From positions 206,817 to 270,816 of the forward strand of contig NMRA01000323.1 of NCBI GenBank assembly GCA_002633005.1: 64,000 bases of DNA. The letters run 5' to 3'. The position numbers and the translations under genes are program-made. Positions 38,481 to 51,678 of the stretch are shown here, piece by piece. A model generated the notes under the pieces. The model worked only from the letters and a program-made list of their open reading frames with translations. It had not been told where the DNA came from and did not search any database. Within the stretch, counting starts at the first letter, position 1. Each line of letters opens with the position of its first letter. The stretch is from Phoronis australis. Lineage: Eukaryota > Animalia > Phoronida.

Positions 38481-40099
38481 GTAAGGCAACGAGCCGCCAG
38501 TTAGCCGGCGGGCTATGTAAATAAACATGTACTGCAATTGTATAAATACCTCAGTATGAAATGTTGATCTGTTTGTACTTGAATGTCGCTACAATCAATT
38601 ACATCTAATAACTTTCGTTCGAATCAGGTGGAGGATTTCATTAGATTAATTAGTGGCGGTAGGCAAAACAGGGTTTAATTTAAACTGCATGTAGTAGTGT
38701 TTCCGATCAAAACGTCGAGGCCGTTTCAAGCGTGATTAATTAACAACGGGTTTAAGTACGAATTCAGGGAATTTTTTGGTAAACCCGTCTCTTCTCTGGA
38801 TCAGCTGCAAACTGAAACTGCGCATAAGCGTCGCTTCCGTGCTTAAAATAGCCTGCTAAGGATTTCTCGTGGCCCTGTGCGGAACTCGTTTCTTAATCTG
38901 TCATTCTTTGGCATTTGATCGATCTAAATATACTATTACTTGGTCTTGCGCAATTCTCACCAACAAGATATCCTACGAAGCTTTTGCATGAGTGACTACC
39001 GTTCTGTTTTTACGGTCTATGAGTAACGGCAACGAATCCTTCGATCACCTAAGAACGTCACTAGAGGAAATTTTAATTACTCATGTGTTCTGTTCGCTAC
39101 CTGCGGCTCCGCGCACCGGCTCAGCTCTCATGCAATCTTAAAGCTAGTGGTTTTCGTTGAAGCGGCCTTACCAGGGTACGAGAGTAAGGCCGGTAATAAT
39201 TAATGCATGCTTTTTAATTACCTTAACAAATAAATGAGCACAAAATTTAAAGACCTCAGCAAAATGTATAACAATATAATAAGCAATTATAAAAGAAAAA
39301 AATGTTTCCACCCTACTGTTTCTCCAATCAATTTACTGACAATGCAGGCGCCGTGTTTGGATAATTGTCGTTCTAGTTTGGTGTGTCTTAGTAGAAAGAT
39401 TCGTCGTGACGTCATACTCTACCGCCCTGTTTGAAAACTGAGGTTGGTTTGTACTAGCGTTACACGGTCGAAATGTCATCTGTTCTTTACCTGTGATTGC
39501 TTACATTTTACATGAACACATGCAGTTTATTACCATCCTATATGAACTTCAATTACGGGTAGATCGTGCAAGGTGAAGTCCTCAGCTTAAAGGCCATGTG
39601 CATTCGCTTGCCTGGTACTGTATTGCATTCGCCGAAACTAGGAACCAGTTCCTAGGCCGAAATGAATGATGCAAAAATGATAGCCGCGCAACGGAACGCC
39701 ACGACGATACACGATAATAAATGCTTATATAAATTTCAGGCACTGAAGGTGCTGGTCTATTGTTGCCTTTTAAAAGAACCAAAGCGCCTAGCTTTGGTTT
39801 CAAAAATATCCTTGTTTTGGGGCGTATCTGCTCTTCCTAAACAACGTTATTTATCGCGTGCTTATCCTTTGTCAGCAATAAAAGTGTTGAGAATATAAAG
39901 TCTAAATAAATCTTATCCATATCTCCATTTATATTGAATAAGCCACACTGTGTTTCGGTGTATGAAAACACTGACCTTCGAGAGTCAACCTGAATGTTAT
40001 TCTGTTATGTAAAAATGGACTGTCTGTTCTTCCCCAACTTTCGTCTTGTCCGAACAAGGAACAGACTGAGACCAATTTCTTAACGCTAAAGGGCTTTTA

Positions 40100-41405
40100 C
40101 CAGTTTTACTGCTGAAAACGTATGAAATTTAAACCTGAAAAAAGTGTTGATCTTATATTTTCTAAGTCTAATAATTCTCAATTCCAAACAAATCCAATGC
40201 TGGAATTATCACTCAATGGGGACGTTATTCCCAATAAGTTCACACATAAACACCTTGGCTTGCTACTCGACCATAAGCTTACATTTACTCCTCATTGTCG
40301 CGAACTCGTTCATTAAGTACAAAAATAAATCAATCCAATTAGAATTGTCTCTCGTCATTTCAACTCCATGCATCTTGAAACTCTATTCAAGTCTTTTGTA
40401 CTTCCACATCTAGATTACTGTGACATAATCTACCAATCGGCAAACGCTGGCATACTTCTTCAATTAGAAAGACTACAATACCAAGCAGCTTTAGCCATAA
40501 CAGGAGATTCAAAGGGTCCAACACAATCAAGGTTCTAACTAGTCTCAACTGGAGCAAACTAGCAACCCCTCGTAAACTCCATCTGTCCATGTCATGTATA
40601 CATTCAAAGTCTTAACCAATATAAACAATTATTCAAACAAATTCCTCTTTGACTTTTACAAAAGACCCAATACGAGACCAGGACTGCGGCAAAGTAATAT
40701 GCACACTATTCCATCTTCCCTCAGCCAAGCCTTAAGGAGATCAACGATAATAACTTGCATTGACAACTGAAGTTCCTTACCATCCAAAATAAAAGAAAGC
40801 ACTTCAATTGTCACTCTCAAAAATTAACTTTAAAATGCAAGAGTTGCCAGTCGTATTGACATCATTCCAACTTCCTCGCAACCATAAAATAACCCTAAAC
40901 AGATCAAGCTGCGAGAAATTCAAACATAATTTCAATAATATTTCGCCTCTGCGTTCCTGTGGAGACACCCAGACATATCCTCATGTTTTCTTTGCTTGTG
41001 ACGTATGCAAGGAGCAGAGGGTACAGCTTTTCCAGACAGTATTTACAAAAAATATTCTGAAATTCCGCAATTTTTCAACAAAATTTATTTTTTTCTGTAT
41101 GGATGTCAAGAACTCAACCCAGATGAAAATAAGTACTTATTCGAAATATTATCAAAATTTCTTTATGATATTAAATCTCTTTGTGTAAATGAATAGAATT
41201 ATATGCATGTGTATGAAAAGGATTTATTTACATTCGTAATCATATGTCATTGTAATCTTAACATCAGTTTTGTAATTTATGTATTAGTATAAAATAATTG
41301 TATATAGATTTCTTTGTATTTTTTTAACCCAGATATAATGCCTCTTGGCGCTTTCTGGGGTATGCATATTCAGTGTATTGAAGATTTCGCTATAAACATT
41401 ATAAT
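40100..41405 (+). mobile_element. 5'-truncated, degenerate CR1/L2-clade LINE (RT C-terminus plus 3' UTR)
   Basis: Motifs MKFKPEKS, HKHLGLLLDHKLTF, LFKSFVLPHLDYCDIIY, LERLQYQAALAITG and a C-terminal SPLRSCG...HVFFAC, broken by stops and frameshifts. Confidence 0.9.
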
Positions 41406-41489
41406 AAGTATTTTTTGAGACTATTATTGGATAGGATAGACTTAATAGACTTAATTTTGCTAAAAGTGACATGAAAAAAGGTTGCCTTC

Positions 41490-41680
41490 GCCTTTAAGAG
41501 TGCGGTTTGCATTCGCCAACAAAGCGTTAGACTCCGACCCCGGGGTCGCAGGTTCGATTTCCGGCTGAGGCTGATCTTAGAAAATCCCTTGGATATCGCA
41601 ATCAAAAGTCAGTTTTAAAATGTCGAAAATCCTTGCTATCGGCGGGTTTACTGGGATATAACTTGGTTGCTAATGATCAA
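41490..41680 (+). mobile_element. Degenerate tRNA-derived SINE-like fragment
   Basis: GCGTTAGACTCC...GGTCGCAGGTTCGATTTCCGGC resembles a tRNA-like head with a B box; no full cloverleaf. Confidence 0.35.
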
Positions 41681-44600
41681 TCTATTCCGTAAATTTGGTG
41701 GCAGCCGTGACCACGGTGCAATTTCAAAGCGGAGCTAATCTTTTAAACATGATTGCAAATCGTTGAAAATTTCTCAGTAATCTATCGTCAAGTTTATGAG
41801 TACTGCAATCTGGAAATATATTTTAAATTTACACCCGAGAATCCCGACAAGGTGTAAATGCATATTTTACAGGCTTCTGTGTTATGTCAATTTATATGAA
41901 CAGTGTCTGTTTTCTGTAATTGCTTGTTGGTTGGTATACGAAACGTCTCAAAAATGTCCCATTTGTTTCAAGGCGGCTCACATGTCACATATTCCTTATG
42001 TCACATGTCACATATTCCTTATGTCACATGTCATATTACTTTGCTCTTCGTCACAATACTCTGTAATAAGGGGTAGGCATACCATTAGCAAATTCATTGC
42101 AAATATTGATATTCATAAAAAGTTCAATCATTCAATGGAATAGCAAATTGCAAATATCCCGGTATTTAGCAATTTAGACTTGTTACAAATTTCTGATATT
42201 TTAGAAAATGTTTGCTATTTGGTTAAACAGCAGGCTATTTACGAAATCGCTTGTCGTTTATTAATAGCATAAAACAACGTTGCTATTTGCTGACGAAAGT
42301 TTAATATTTAGCTCCAGCCAATTAAAAGCCTCGTCACAAAACATTATGCCTATGCGTATTGTCTGACAAATGCAACATTTGAACTTATTGGTAACTGCAG
42401 GCGTGTCAATCATGGGCATTTCTTACCGACTCAAAAGACATGTTTCCGCCACACTTCTTTGTCTTCAATTTGTTTCAGTTTCCATTCCGTTGCATTGCTC
42501 GCATTTTATACATTCCGAGCACAATGCTGGTGATTTTCAGAAGATTACGCGCACCTTATCACGCTCAGAATCAGAAAGCCAAAATCCTTTGTTAAACTGC
42601 GCCTATCGTATTTGCGCAGGGTAACTGATCGCTATTGCGATGACTACATGTATATCGAAAGCATTATTTGTATTAGCAACAACTCTCACCATTTCTTGAA
42701 ATATTCACCAGAGATGGAAGGCCGCAGGAATTTTTGAAATGTCACAGCACGATTCGAACTGATTTCTAGAGATTGTAGAATTTAAGATCTCACGTGTAAT
42801 TGTGTATACAGTGTGAATTAAGTTCATAAACCTTCCGACGCAACTTTTTCATACATATGTGACCGTATCAAAAGTTCCAAAATCAAAAAAGCCACAAGTT
42901 TGAGGTGTGGTTTTGCATGATTTTCCCCAATAAAAACGTGTCAAAAGGGCCCTGATTTCAGAGTAAAAAATTGTTCCCCTTTTACGCAACCAGCCTACAG
43001 TGCAGATTAAATAATTTAATGACAAGCCAGCAAGCAGAATTCACAAACTCAGCTACAGAGCATATTTCCCTTGTGCTCGTATCTCGCACTTTTCATTGTA
43101 AAGTGAGACGCTTTGGGGTTCACGTCCACCACTACTGGTAGTGGAACGAATATCACGTCTTGGAACGAGAAAACTTGGTATTTGTAAATCGCGTAATATT
43201 TACATAAATGGTTACCATTTGCAAATACCAGAAGTTTTTAATGAAGTTAAACTGTTAAGTAGCAGGATATTTGCATATACATATGCAATTTTCTATTTAA
43301 CTAAATATGAAACTATTTATAAATATCACTAATTTCAAATAACTTTACAAGGGGTATCCTACACTGCACAGTTAAATATTGGCGGATGTAATAGACTATC
43401 GCATGAATAATGGTGGGCGTGTGCATCTGGAAGCTTACATGTGTCATAAACTGGGCAGAACGGGTTCACGCTATCAAGGCACGGTGATCAAGGAACTGAA
43501 TTCCAATTAACAATTGCTTCCCGAGTTGAGCCCATCGTTTTTTGGTTATCAGTTGAAAGTCGCACCCCGGATGTGACCTTGTTCATGACAGGGCTACCCC
43601 TGAATTTCAGGAAGATTAGTCAAATTACAAACGTTTTTGTTTAGCTGGCTAAAACGGCAATCGACTTTGGCCTTTTACTCCCATGAAATCGGTGACGTAA
43701 TGTTCCTCACAATTTCCGTCTCCTACTCGCGTACTTGCCTCGTTTTCGCTCTTGCAGTTTTAAGGTTGGTCAATCCCAGTAAACTCTAAATTGTCGACGA
43801 CGGTTTCGTTCTTGCTGGTGACCGGAAATGGAACAATATCAAGATAAGGAATAGACCAATTTTATGAAAGTAAAATGTCTGTTTCATTCGTTTTTAGTCA
43901 GCTTAACAGGTGAAATGTAGCACCTAACATTCCTCTCAAGGAATATTAGCAAAGTTTAAATGTCAGGACGCTGTGCTTGAAAGCTATACGTAAATGTCAC
44001 TAAGTTTGCGTCGTCGAACCGGTTCGTGGCAAATTGCGTCCAACTGAAAGATATAATCGACTTTCTTATTTTTCCGTGTTGAGCGCGTGTCCGGGGCCAT
44101 GTGGTTTTCTGTTGCATAAAAACGTAATACGGATTATTTACATTCTTCTCAGCAAATATTTAGCACCGACTCTCTCGTACACTTGCTCGTCAAACCTCCA
44201 ATTCGGTATCGAAACTAAAACGCTGATTCTGCAGAAATCTGAACGAATTTGGCCAACTCCCCGCGCAGTTCAGTGACTCGTTCGACGAAGAGATATCAGC
44301 GGTTTGTTTATGATAAGTCGGGATAATTGTAAACAAACGATGCGGCTCAAAAATGAAACCTCTCTGCTGCAGGCTAGTTGTTTGATCTTAATCCCGCGTG
44401 GATATACAGATGGTCATCTTCGTGCTAATATAGCCAGGCCACACCGACTGCATCACGTGAGGGTCGTTATGGCTGTTATTCAACTTTGATAGGCCAAAAC
44501 TTCGATTGTGTGTGCACTTTAACAAGTGAGCCAGTCTCAGAAGAGCGCCATCTATTGATGCTGTCTGGTTTTCAGTTTTTATCGAAAACTTGCTCCAAAT

Positions 44601-46112
44601 CTCAGCTGCTGTTGACTGAGTGGGGTGCAGTAGTTTTTCAACGATATGCAGCTAGTGTCGAGGTCTTTTTTGGCATGACATTTACACATGAACTGTGGGC
44701 ACGTTGCAGATTCATAATTGTGACGTCTATTCGATTTGATTTATGTACACATTCATGCAAAAGCTATTACATTTCGGTGCGGATTACGCCGCCTTTGTTC
44801 ATTGCAAAATATAATGAGTCCGTGCCGCTAATCATTTGCGTACCAAACATTATTGGCAGAAACTGCATTTTAAGAGGAAAACTGGAAAATTGTTGCTGCC
44901 AAACGAAGTCTTACGCCATTTTGAGATTTGAGAGCACGATCGTGATTGGGGTATATGAACTTGTTATAAAAGAACGCGTTCAATAAACAATAGTGCGCGT
45001 TGATTATGTAAGACTACGCGTTGATTAAGCAAAAGTGAATAACAGCAGAACGACGGCTCATTTAAGAAACAATTCAACGCGTTGATGACTCAAAACTACG
45101 CGTTGATTACGTAAAACTATACGCGTTGATTCAACGTGCATAACTTAAGGTACTCGTTTCAAAACCCTTTGGTGATTTACAGGATAGCCTATTGTAGTGT
45201 AGAATAAACACATTTTACGCACAGAAAAGTACTTGTTTTAGTAAGAACCCTTTGACGCTTCAAACAATGTGCTGAGGACAAGGTGCAAACATCTGATTGG
45301 GAATCTCCGGGGCTCGCTCTGAATCGTTTGTAAGGCCCAGGTAATGCAGGTTTCTGACCTATAAGCCGTTGTGAAAAACTTTGAACGGCGGTTATGAACT
45401 CACTGATGATAAAATGTCTCGCATTTTTGTTGCACGGCATGTGAGTAATGCGCACATATTTCTCTACATGAAGATTGAGTGCAGTGTGTTTATTGTTCAG
45501 TGACTGTCTGTTGAACATATCAAAAGCAGTCTACCAACGCGATGCCAGACTACGCTTTCTACTCAAGTGAATGTTTTCACGCCAGCAATTTGCTGGCACA
45601 TTGTACATAGGGGGATTTTAGGGGGGGGGGCAGCTCCTCCCCCCCCCCATGGCTGCCGCGAAAGAAATGAAACAGCAAGAGCGTGAAGAAATATCGAGTT
45701 CATTGATTAACTCCGGTAATTAACATGCGGCTGAGGGGGGGGGGCTCAGACCCCGTTGCAAGTGTCCAGTTTTTTTGGTTCTCCATTATTTTTTAGTAGG
45801 AGGCCCACAAATTCGAGCCCCAACCTATCTTTCAGACTGGGTGCGTGCATACAATCTTGCTTTGAGACAAAATGTTGGGTTCCTTCTTATGATATCCTAG
45901 ATCCTCTACGCACTAACTACATTCACTTAATGGCCACCGGAAGAAATGGATACTGTCCACGTGACCGCTGTTGAAATCTTAAACATTTTTAATGATCTCT
46001 TCTCTCACGGGTCTGATGTGAATACGCGGTAGATGACAACAGTAGAGGTGATTTTCGTGCCATACATTGGCTATGTTTGAAGCGAAGCCAAACGATGGTA
46101 TAAACATTTACA

Positions 46113-46260
46113 TTCATACATACTATCAGGAAGAGATCTCTTCCTGATAGTATCGATAATCACCCCTCGCCGTCGCCTCTGGCCTGGACCTCGTTTGGAC
46201 GTTGCAATAATTGAAGCGACCTTTCATTCAGTTTGTCTGGTGTGTGTGCAGTGCTTAATT
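46113..46260 (+). mobile_element. Helentron/DINE-1(HINE)-like terminus with a perfect 34-bp palindrome
   Basis: TTCATAC-[ATACTATCAGGAAGAGA|TCTCTTCCTGATAGTAT]-CGATAATCACC, resembling the head architecture of DINE-1/HINE elements. Confidence 0.5.
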
Positions 46261-47775
46261 TGATTCGTGAATTAGTCCTAAGCTAATTTTTGAGACGTAG
46301 GCTAGTCGAAGATGTTTTCTGAAAAAACACTTTCAGTTAATTCAAAATTTGTTAACTCGTTTACACACGTTCACTGATAACAAACAAGGTCCCGCTGTTT
46401 AAACAACAGGTGTCTCTGGCGTTTTATCTGCAGCGTAGCGAACCTAGCTGCCCCGCAACAAAAAACAAGGTTTACATTATCAACAAATTCCCTGCAACAC
46501 TGTTGATCAACAAATTCCATTCATCAAATCTTCTTCTTTAAGCACACTTTACTGACAGCAACATCAACATGATTTTTGAAGGCAGACGGCAAGGCAGACT
46601 TATCAGTAAATGTAATTTAGAAGGGAAAATCTAAATCAGCCTGGGTGCTGCAAGAACAAAAGCTGCTGATCTGTATTCCCTTGGCAGTTTCGACTCCTGT
46701 CAGCAGCCATCTTCCGAAGTTATTTGACGCTAGGTGGCTGATTTTACTGCAGCACCAATAATTAAGGCTGTATTTCCCCCTGCTTAGCCGGCTAAAAGGA
46801 TTAAAGTAGAATTAGCCTGCTCTCATAAAATCGGTACCATAATTCCTTACCGCGATTTCCATTTTCGAAAATGGCGCATGCACTCCGCAGTGCCTGTGAC
46901 GTGAGTTGCTGGCTCATTCGACAATACATCGGTAAGATTAGTTTGGGTGTGGGTGCCAGCCTAGCAAGTTTTAACTCCAAAGCGTTTCGATTAAGAATTC
47001 AACATTGGCAGCTTAATAGGGGCGAATTAAATGTTGCGTTAATGCATCTTCTAGGACCTTTGAACTTAGTTCGGTCAATTGCATGTCTGGTGTTCTCACT
47101 GGAGGCTGATGTTTTGTTTGTCACGTGTCGTCACGTGACCTAGATATCTCTCTGATTGGCTGATCCAGTATCTACTGTTAAGCATACTTTTCAACATGCA
47201 ACGGAATAGCTGCAGAAACCCATTTTCTTCAACTGTGTCACAGACCTGGGTCAGTTGATCAACAGTATTGCACGGAATTTGTTGATAATGTAAACGGGCA
47301 TTATTTATGGAGGCATCAAGAAGCAAAACGGCACACCATAATTCATTTTTAGAGGTCTTGTTGAAGTCTTTCCGGGCATTCGTGGCTAGTGCTGTTGTAC
47401 TTCGATCTGTTGCGGAGTTGAAACTAATCGGACAAGTGAACGCTTGCTCGAGTCAAATAAAACTTGGTTGCCCAAAATGTTGGGTTATAACTATAGTCCC
47501 TCACAGCAGCACTAATTACGTCATGCTGTAGTCTCGGACTTTTTCCCAAATGAGTCACGCTAGCTGTCAGTGGTGGTTTCATGTCTAATTAACGCTAATT
47601 CGCTATGTTAAAGAACCAAAGCTTAGGTTTCCACTCAAAACATCAACCGAAACAATGGTGGCTAATGGTTTTTGTTGTCTTTTGCCCGGGGCAAGGTGGA
47701 GATTATTAGCAGGTACGCGCTTGCGCAATTGAACTGCATGTTAGAAATAATTTCTAACTGAAGAGGAGCTGACAT

Positions 47776-49326
47776 CAGTCTTTCAAGCGTTCCTACTTTT
47801 CCTACTTTTTTCTGAAATTCCTAATATTTCCCACTTTTTCCTATTTTTTTTCTCATTGCTCTAAACTTTCCGTCTATGTTTTTGGAGAAGTGAGTGGTTG
47901 TTTTAAGCTTATCAGAAGCAGCACTTGAAGGTCCTCCAGCACAAACGATGTTTACCAAAAGACTACGTAGACCGTATTCACACTTTTGAGTACATAAGGT
48001 TTGATTGTGTAATTTTATTGTAAATCACCTACCATTGAAGGAAAGGGGCATCTTAATTTGCACAATCCTTGGCATCAAATTAAAATGATGCAACTTAAGT
48101 CTGCGATTATTGATTAAATCCCTACTAATTAATGGCCAATTAGCGGTTTATTTAAACTTATAAAGGCAACAAAAACTTTTTTCCAAAAGATCGTTTAGTA
48201 ACTCTGAACATCATATCCACAACTTAAGATGCGATTTTCATGGGTTTTGCAGATAAGACGGGGGTGTATGGACCCTAAGGGATGCCAAAAATTCCAAAAA
48301 TGAACTTGATTTCTGCTATGGATAAAACACATGAAATGAACAAAAATACAACTTAAGAAATGATATGTTTTATCCATAGCAGTAATCAAAATTGTCGTAT
48401 TTCCTCTTTTATAAAATCTATTTTGGGGGTCTTCTTATCCCTTCGAATCAAAACACCCTGTCTTTTCTGCAAACCCCAGGTAAAATCCAGTCTTAAGGTG
48501 TAAATATGGTATCCAGTGTTACTAAATTATCTTTTGAAAAAAGAATTTTTGTTGTACTTAAAAACTCAAGAAAATCGTTAACTGGCCGTTAATTAACAAG
48601 CGTCTTAATCAATTACACAAGAATTTTTCAGCGCATAAGTTGTATTTTTTCGTTTGAAATAAAGTTTTATCCAAAGTAGTAATCAAATATTTTGTATTTC
48701 CTCTTTTGTTAGCTCATTTTTAGGGTCTTCTTACCCCATGGGGTACAAACACCCCCGTCTTATCTGCTAACCCCGGGAAAAACCGCGTGTTAAGTCGTGG
48801 ATATGGTTTCTAAGCTATCTGTTGGAAAATAATTTTTGTTGCACCTAAAAGTTTAAATAAATCGATAATTGGTCGTTAGTTAGCTGGCCTTTTAGTTAAT
48901 AACCCTAGGCATTTACACGTCTTAAGTTACATCATTTTAATTTGAGTGGTGATTTGATTGAAATGAACTTAAAAGGATGTTGCACTCAAGATTTTAATTA
49001 AGTGGATTTTTGGGTCCTCTTTTGGACCCCCCGAGAGACCAAAGCCCCTTTCCTTCAATGGCAAGTGATGTGCAATAGAATTACTCAGTCAAACCTTTTG
49101 CACCCAAAAGTGTGAACAAAGTCCTGCTGGTTCTCGAACTAATTTGAGTTCTTTCTGATACATGAGATGAACGTCTTTGGTAAGTATTGATGAAAACTAC
49201 TCCTGAATGCCTGCTCGTGTTCCTACTTTTTCCTACTTTCCACTTAACTGTTCCTACTTGTCCTACTTGTTTGGAAATGTGTCCTACTTTATCCTACTTT
49301 TTTATCTAAAACTGCTTGAAAGCCTG
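47776..49326. mobile_element. Composite DNA transposon: outer CAG-ended element with TCCTACTTT subterminal repeats and a nested long-TIR element (~47974-49117)
   Basis: Outer TIRs CAGTCTTTCAAGC / GCTTGAAAGCCTG; TCCTACTTT arrays at both ends; inner ~75-bp IRs TTCACACTTTTG...GAAGGAAAGGGGC / GCCCCTTTCCTTC...CAAAAGTGTGAA. Confidence 0.75.
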
Positions 49327-49929
49327 TGATAGGTCGTTAGTACTTCAGACCAGGCGCATTAAGTTGCTTGTAGCGGCGGCTGAGTTACTGTCACCATGGC
49401 AGTGTGGAAATTCCATGTAATTTATTTTAAAGAATTTATAGTCAAACACATGATAAGAAAGCGGTGCCGTTGAACAAATACGCCTGTGATGAAACTTGGT
49501 GATCGTTTTCACACCAGAACATAGGTATGGGCTTACAAGTCACCCAGCTGTGGTAAAAGACGGTAAAAGACTTTTACCCATGCAGTAATGATGGGTCGAA
49601 GCGAATCCAAACAATATAAAACCAAATGTGGGAAGTACTGCTATGAAAAGTAACCTTCACAACTTCCCTTAAAGTTACTGTGCCCGAGTTTGAGAAATAA
49701 AATTGAAATCACACAGATTTTTCATTTGATATATCAAGGCGAATCATGATCTTTTATAGGGGTGCAAAAATCTCCAAACCACATATTTTTGCATTCTATA
49801 ACAAATAGCAGAAAAGTTTAACCTGTGACTCCGGAAAAGCCGTGATAGCAAGACCGCCTACTTTTGTTAAAGTTTAATTTATCGTTTGTCATTTTTGTGT
49901 GGAAACTCGTAACATTGCATGGAGTTTAG

Positions 49930-50470
49930 AAGGATAGCAAACCCGGACTTGGCCTATCAACAGAATCTGAAACCAGAAACGACACTCCCATCCAGTTCTC
50001 TTAAACAAAATAATGTTTTGTAACCCTCGACAACCCCCAAAAGTTTGGAGGAGATTTTGAAAACTTCTTTTAAAATCTGCTAAACACTTTTAGGGAATTA
50101 CACGGCAACTGTGGGAAAAGACCATCCGCCAAGGACTATAATGGGGGGGGGGGCAGAAAGGTCCGCCTTAGTGAAAAAAAGTCCGAGTGAACGACACAAA
50201 AGTCCACGAAAGACAGGAAATCGGCGCAGATGCACAATTCGTGGCCTGAACCTAGTGGCCCCGTTTTTTTTTTTTAATTCCGGTTCATTTTTGTTCAGTA
50301 AGGTCCCCATACCGAGAAATACGAACCTCCCTACATTTTAGGCTGGGTGCGCGCATGGTTAAATTTTTAGTTGATTCCTGCTTGTATCTTTCAAGATTTA
50401 CCCAATGATGCATTTGCAGGTGACAGAACGAGGACTGGTTGAAATCATCAAAACAGGGTTTGGCATCCTT
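49930..50470. mobile_element. Kolobok-type MITE (same family as 32179) with a nested CATGCG-family fragment
   Basis: Starts AAGGATAGCAAACC and ends CAAAACAGGGTTTGGCATCCTT|TTAA. The internal insert ends CTGGGTGCGCGCATG near 50357. Confidence 0.7.
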
Positions 50471-51619
50471 TTAATTCCAAACGGTTGCAAGCCAATCAAA
50501 CTGGTAAAAAACAAGGATTCAGCAACTTCAATGTTCAGGGGCAGGCATGAATCACTCCCACGAAACCTCTCATAGTTAAAACTTAGGTGGCGCTCCCCTC
50601 CAACCATGACCAAAAACTATCGAATACCGGTACAAAAAACGTACCGCAAGTGACTTAGATGAAGTAATATCTGAAGAGACACTATTCCGAATAATGTCGA
50701 GCGGGAAATTACTTCATCTACTTCAATCGAGGTACGTTTTGTATTTATCCCGCACGATTCGACTTCTTAAGTTTCTTTTATTTTTTCTGCAGATTTTGTT
50801 TAATACTTCACTCACTGTTCACGTGGCGGATCACAACCTACATGTAAACTATGTACAGGTTACAAGTATTTTCTAGTAAAAAATAGTTTTAAATGTATCG
50901 ATTTATTACTTAAAAAGAGATAGCAAAGATGAAAAAACTGTGATTGTGCATTGAACTTGAAGCATTTCCTGAAAATGATTAAATAGCAACAATATTTAAC
51001 ATTGTAGTTACCGAGGAATCGGCGCCTGAGTTGCAGACGATATAGTATTTAACAAACAAAACTGAGACAGAAGTGTCATAGAATTAACAGTTTTGTACTA
51101 AAAGTTGTTTGGGACCTGATTCCATGTTGAGTGTTATTTATACTGCTGCAATTTTACTACTTTAAATTATTTTGGGAAAGTTTGATGATCGAACCAGCTA
51201 ACTACGTCGAGTCGACATTGACCTACCTTTTGAACTTTCCATGTCAGAGGGTACTGGGAGTGCAAAAAGGAAAACAATTATCACACGACCGTATTGCTGT
51301 CGACTTATTCAGCGCGTATTGCTATTTAATGACGCTGAATATTTGTACCAGCTCACCTTTATATGGGAGAATTCATTTCATATGTTTCAAGCAGTTCAGT
51401 ATGGACGCCAGTATCCTGTGAAAGCACTTGCCCAAATACCAGTTACTCCAAGTTCGGATTTTTGAAAGTGTTTGCAAGAATAACATCTTGAGATAGGCTT
51501 CCAAATATTGATGCGTGAAACGGAGCTTAACAGAGCTTCAAATTCTTTTCCAGATTTACTTTCATGACCGACACACAAAAGTTAGGTCCTACATTCCGTC
51601 GGGCGGTTGGAAGTTTATT

Positions 51620-51678
51620 AGATAGGCAGATAGATTGATGCATAGACAGAGAGATAGATAGCTTGATAGATAGATAGA
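51620..51678. repeat. Degenerate (GATA)n microsatellite
   Basis: AGATAGATAGATAGAT runs. Confidence 0.75.

Noticed and set aside
41490-41580. Second tRNA gene
   Set aside because: Only a B-box-like motif is present, with no complete cloverleaf; treated as a SINE-like remnant.
44486-44986. 166-aa plus-strand ORF in the large intron
   Set aside because: TTG start, no recognisable domain, random-looking composition and no convincing splice sites.
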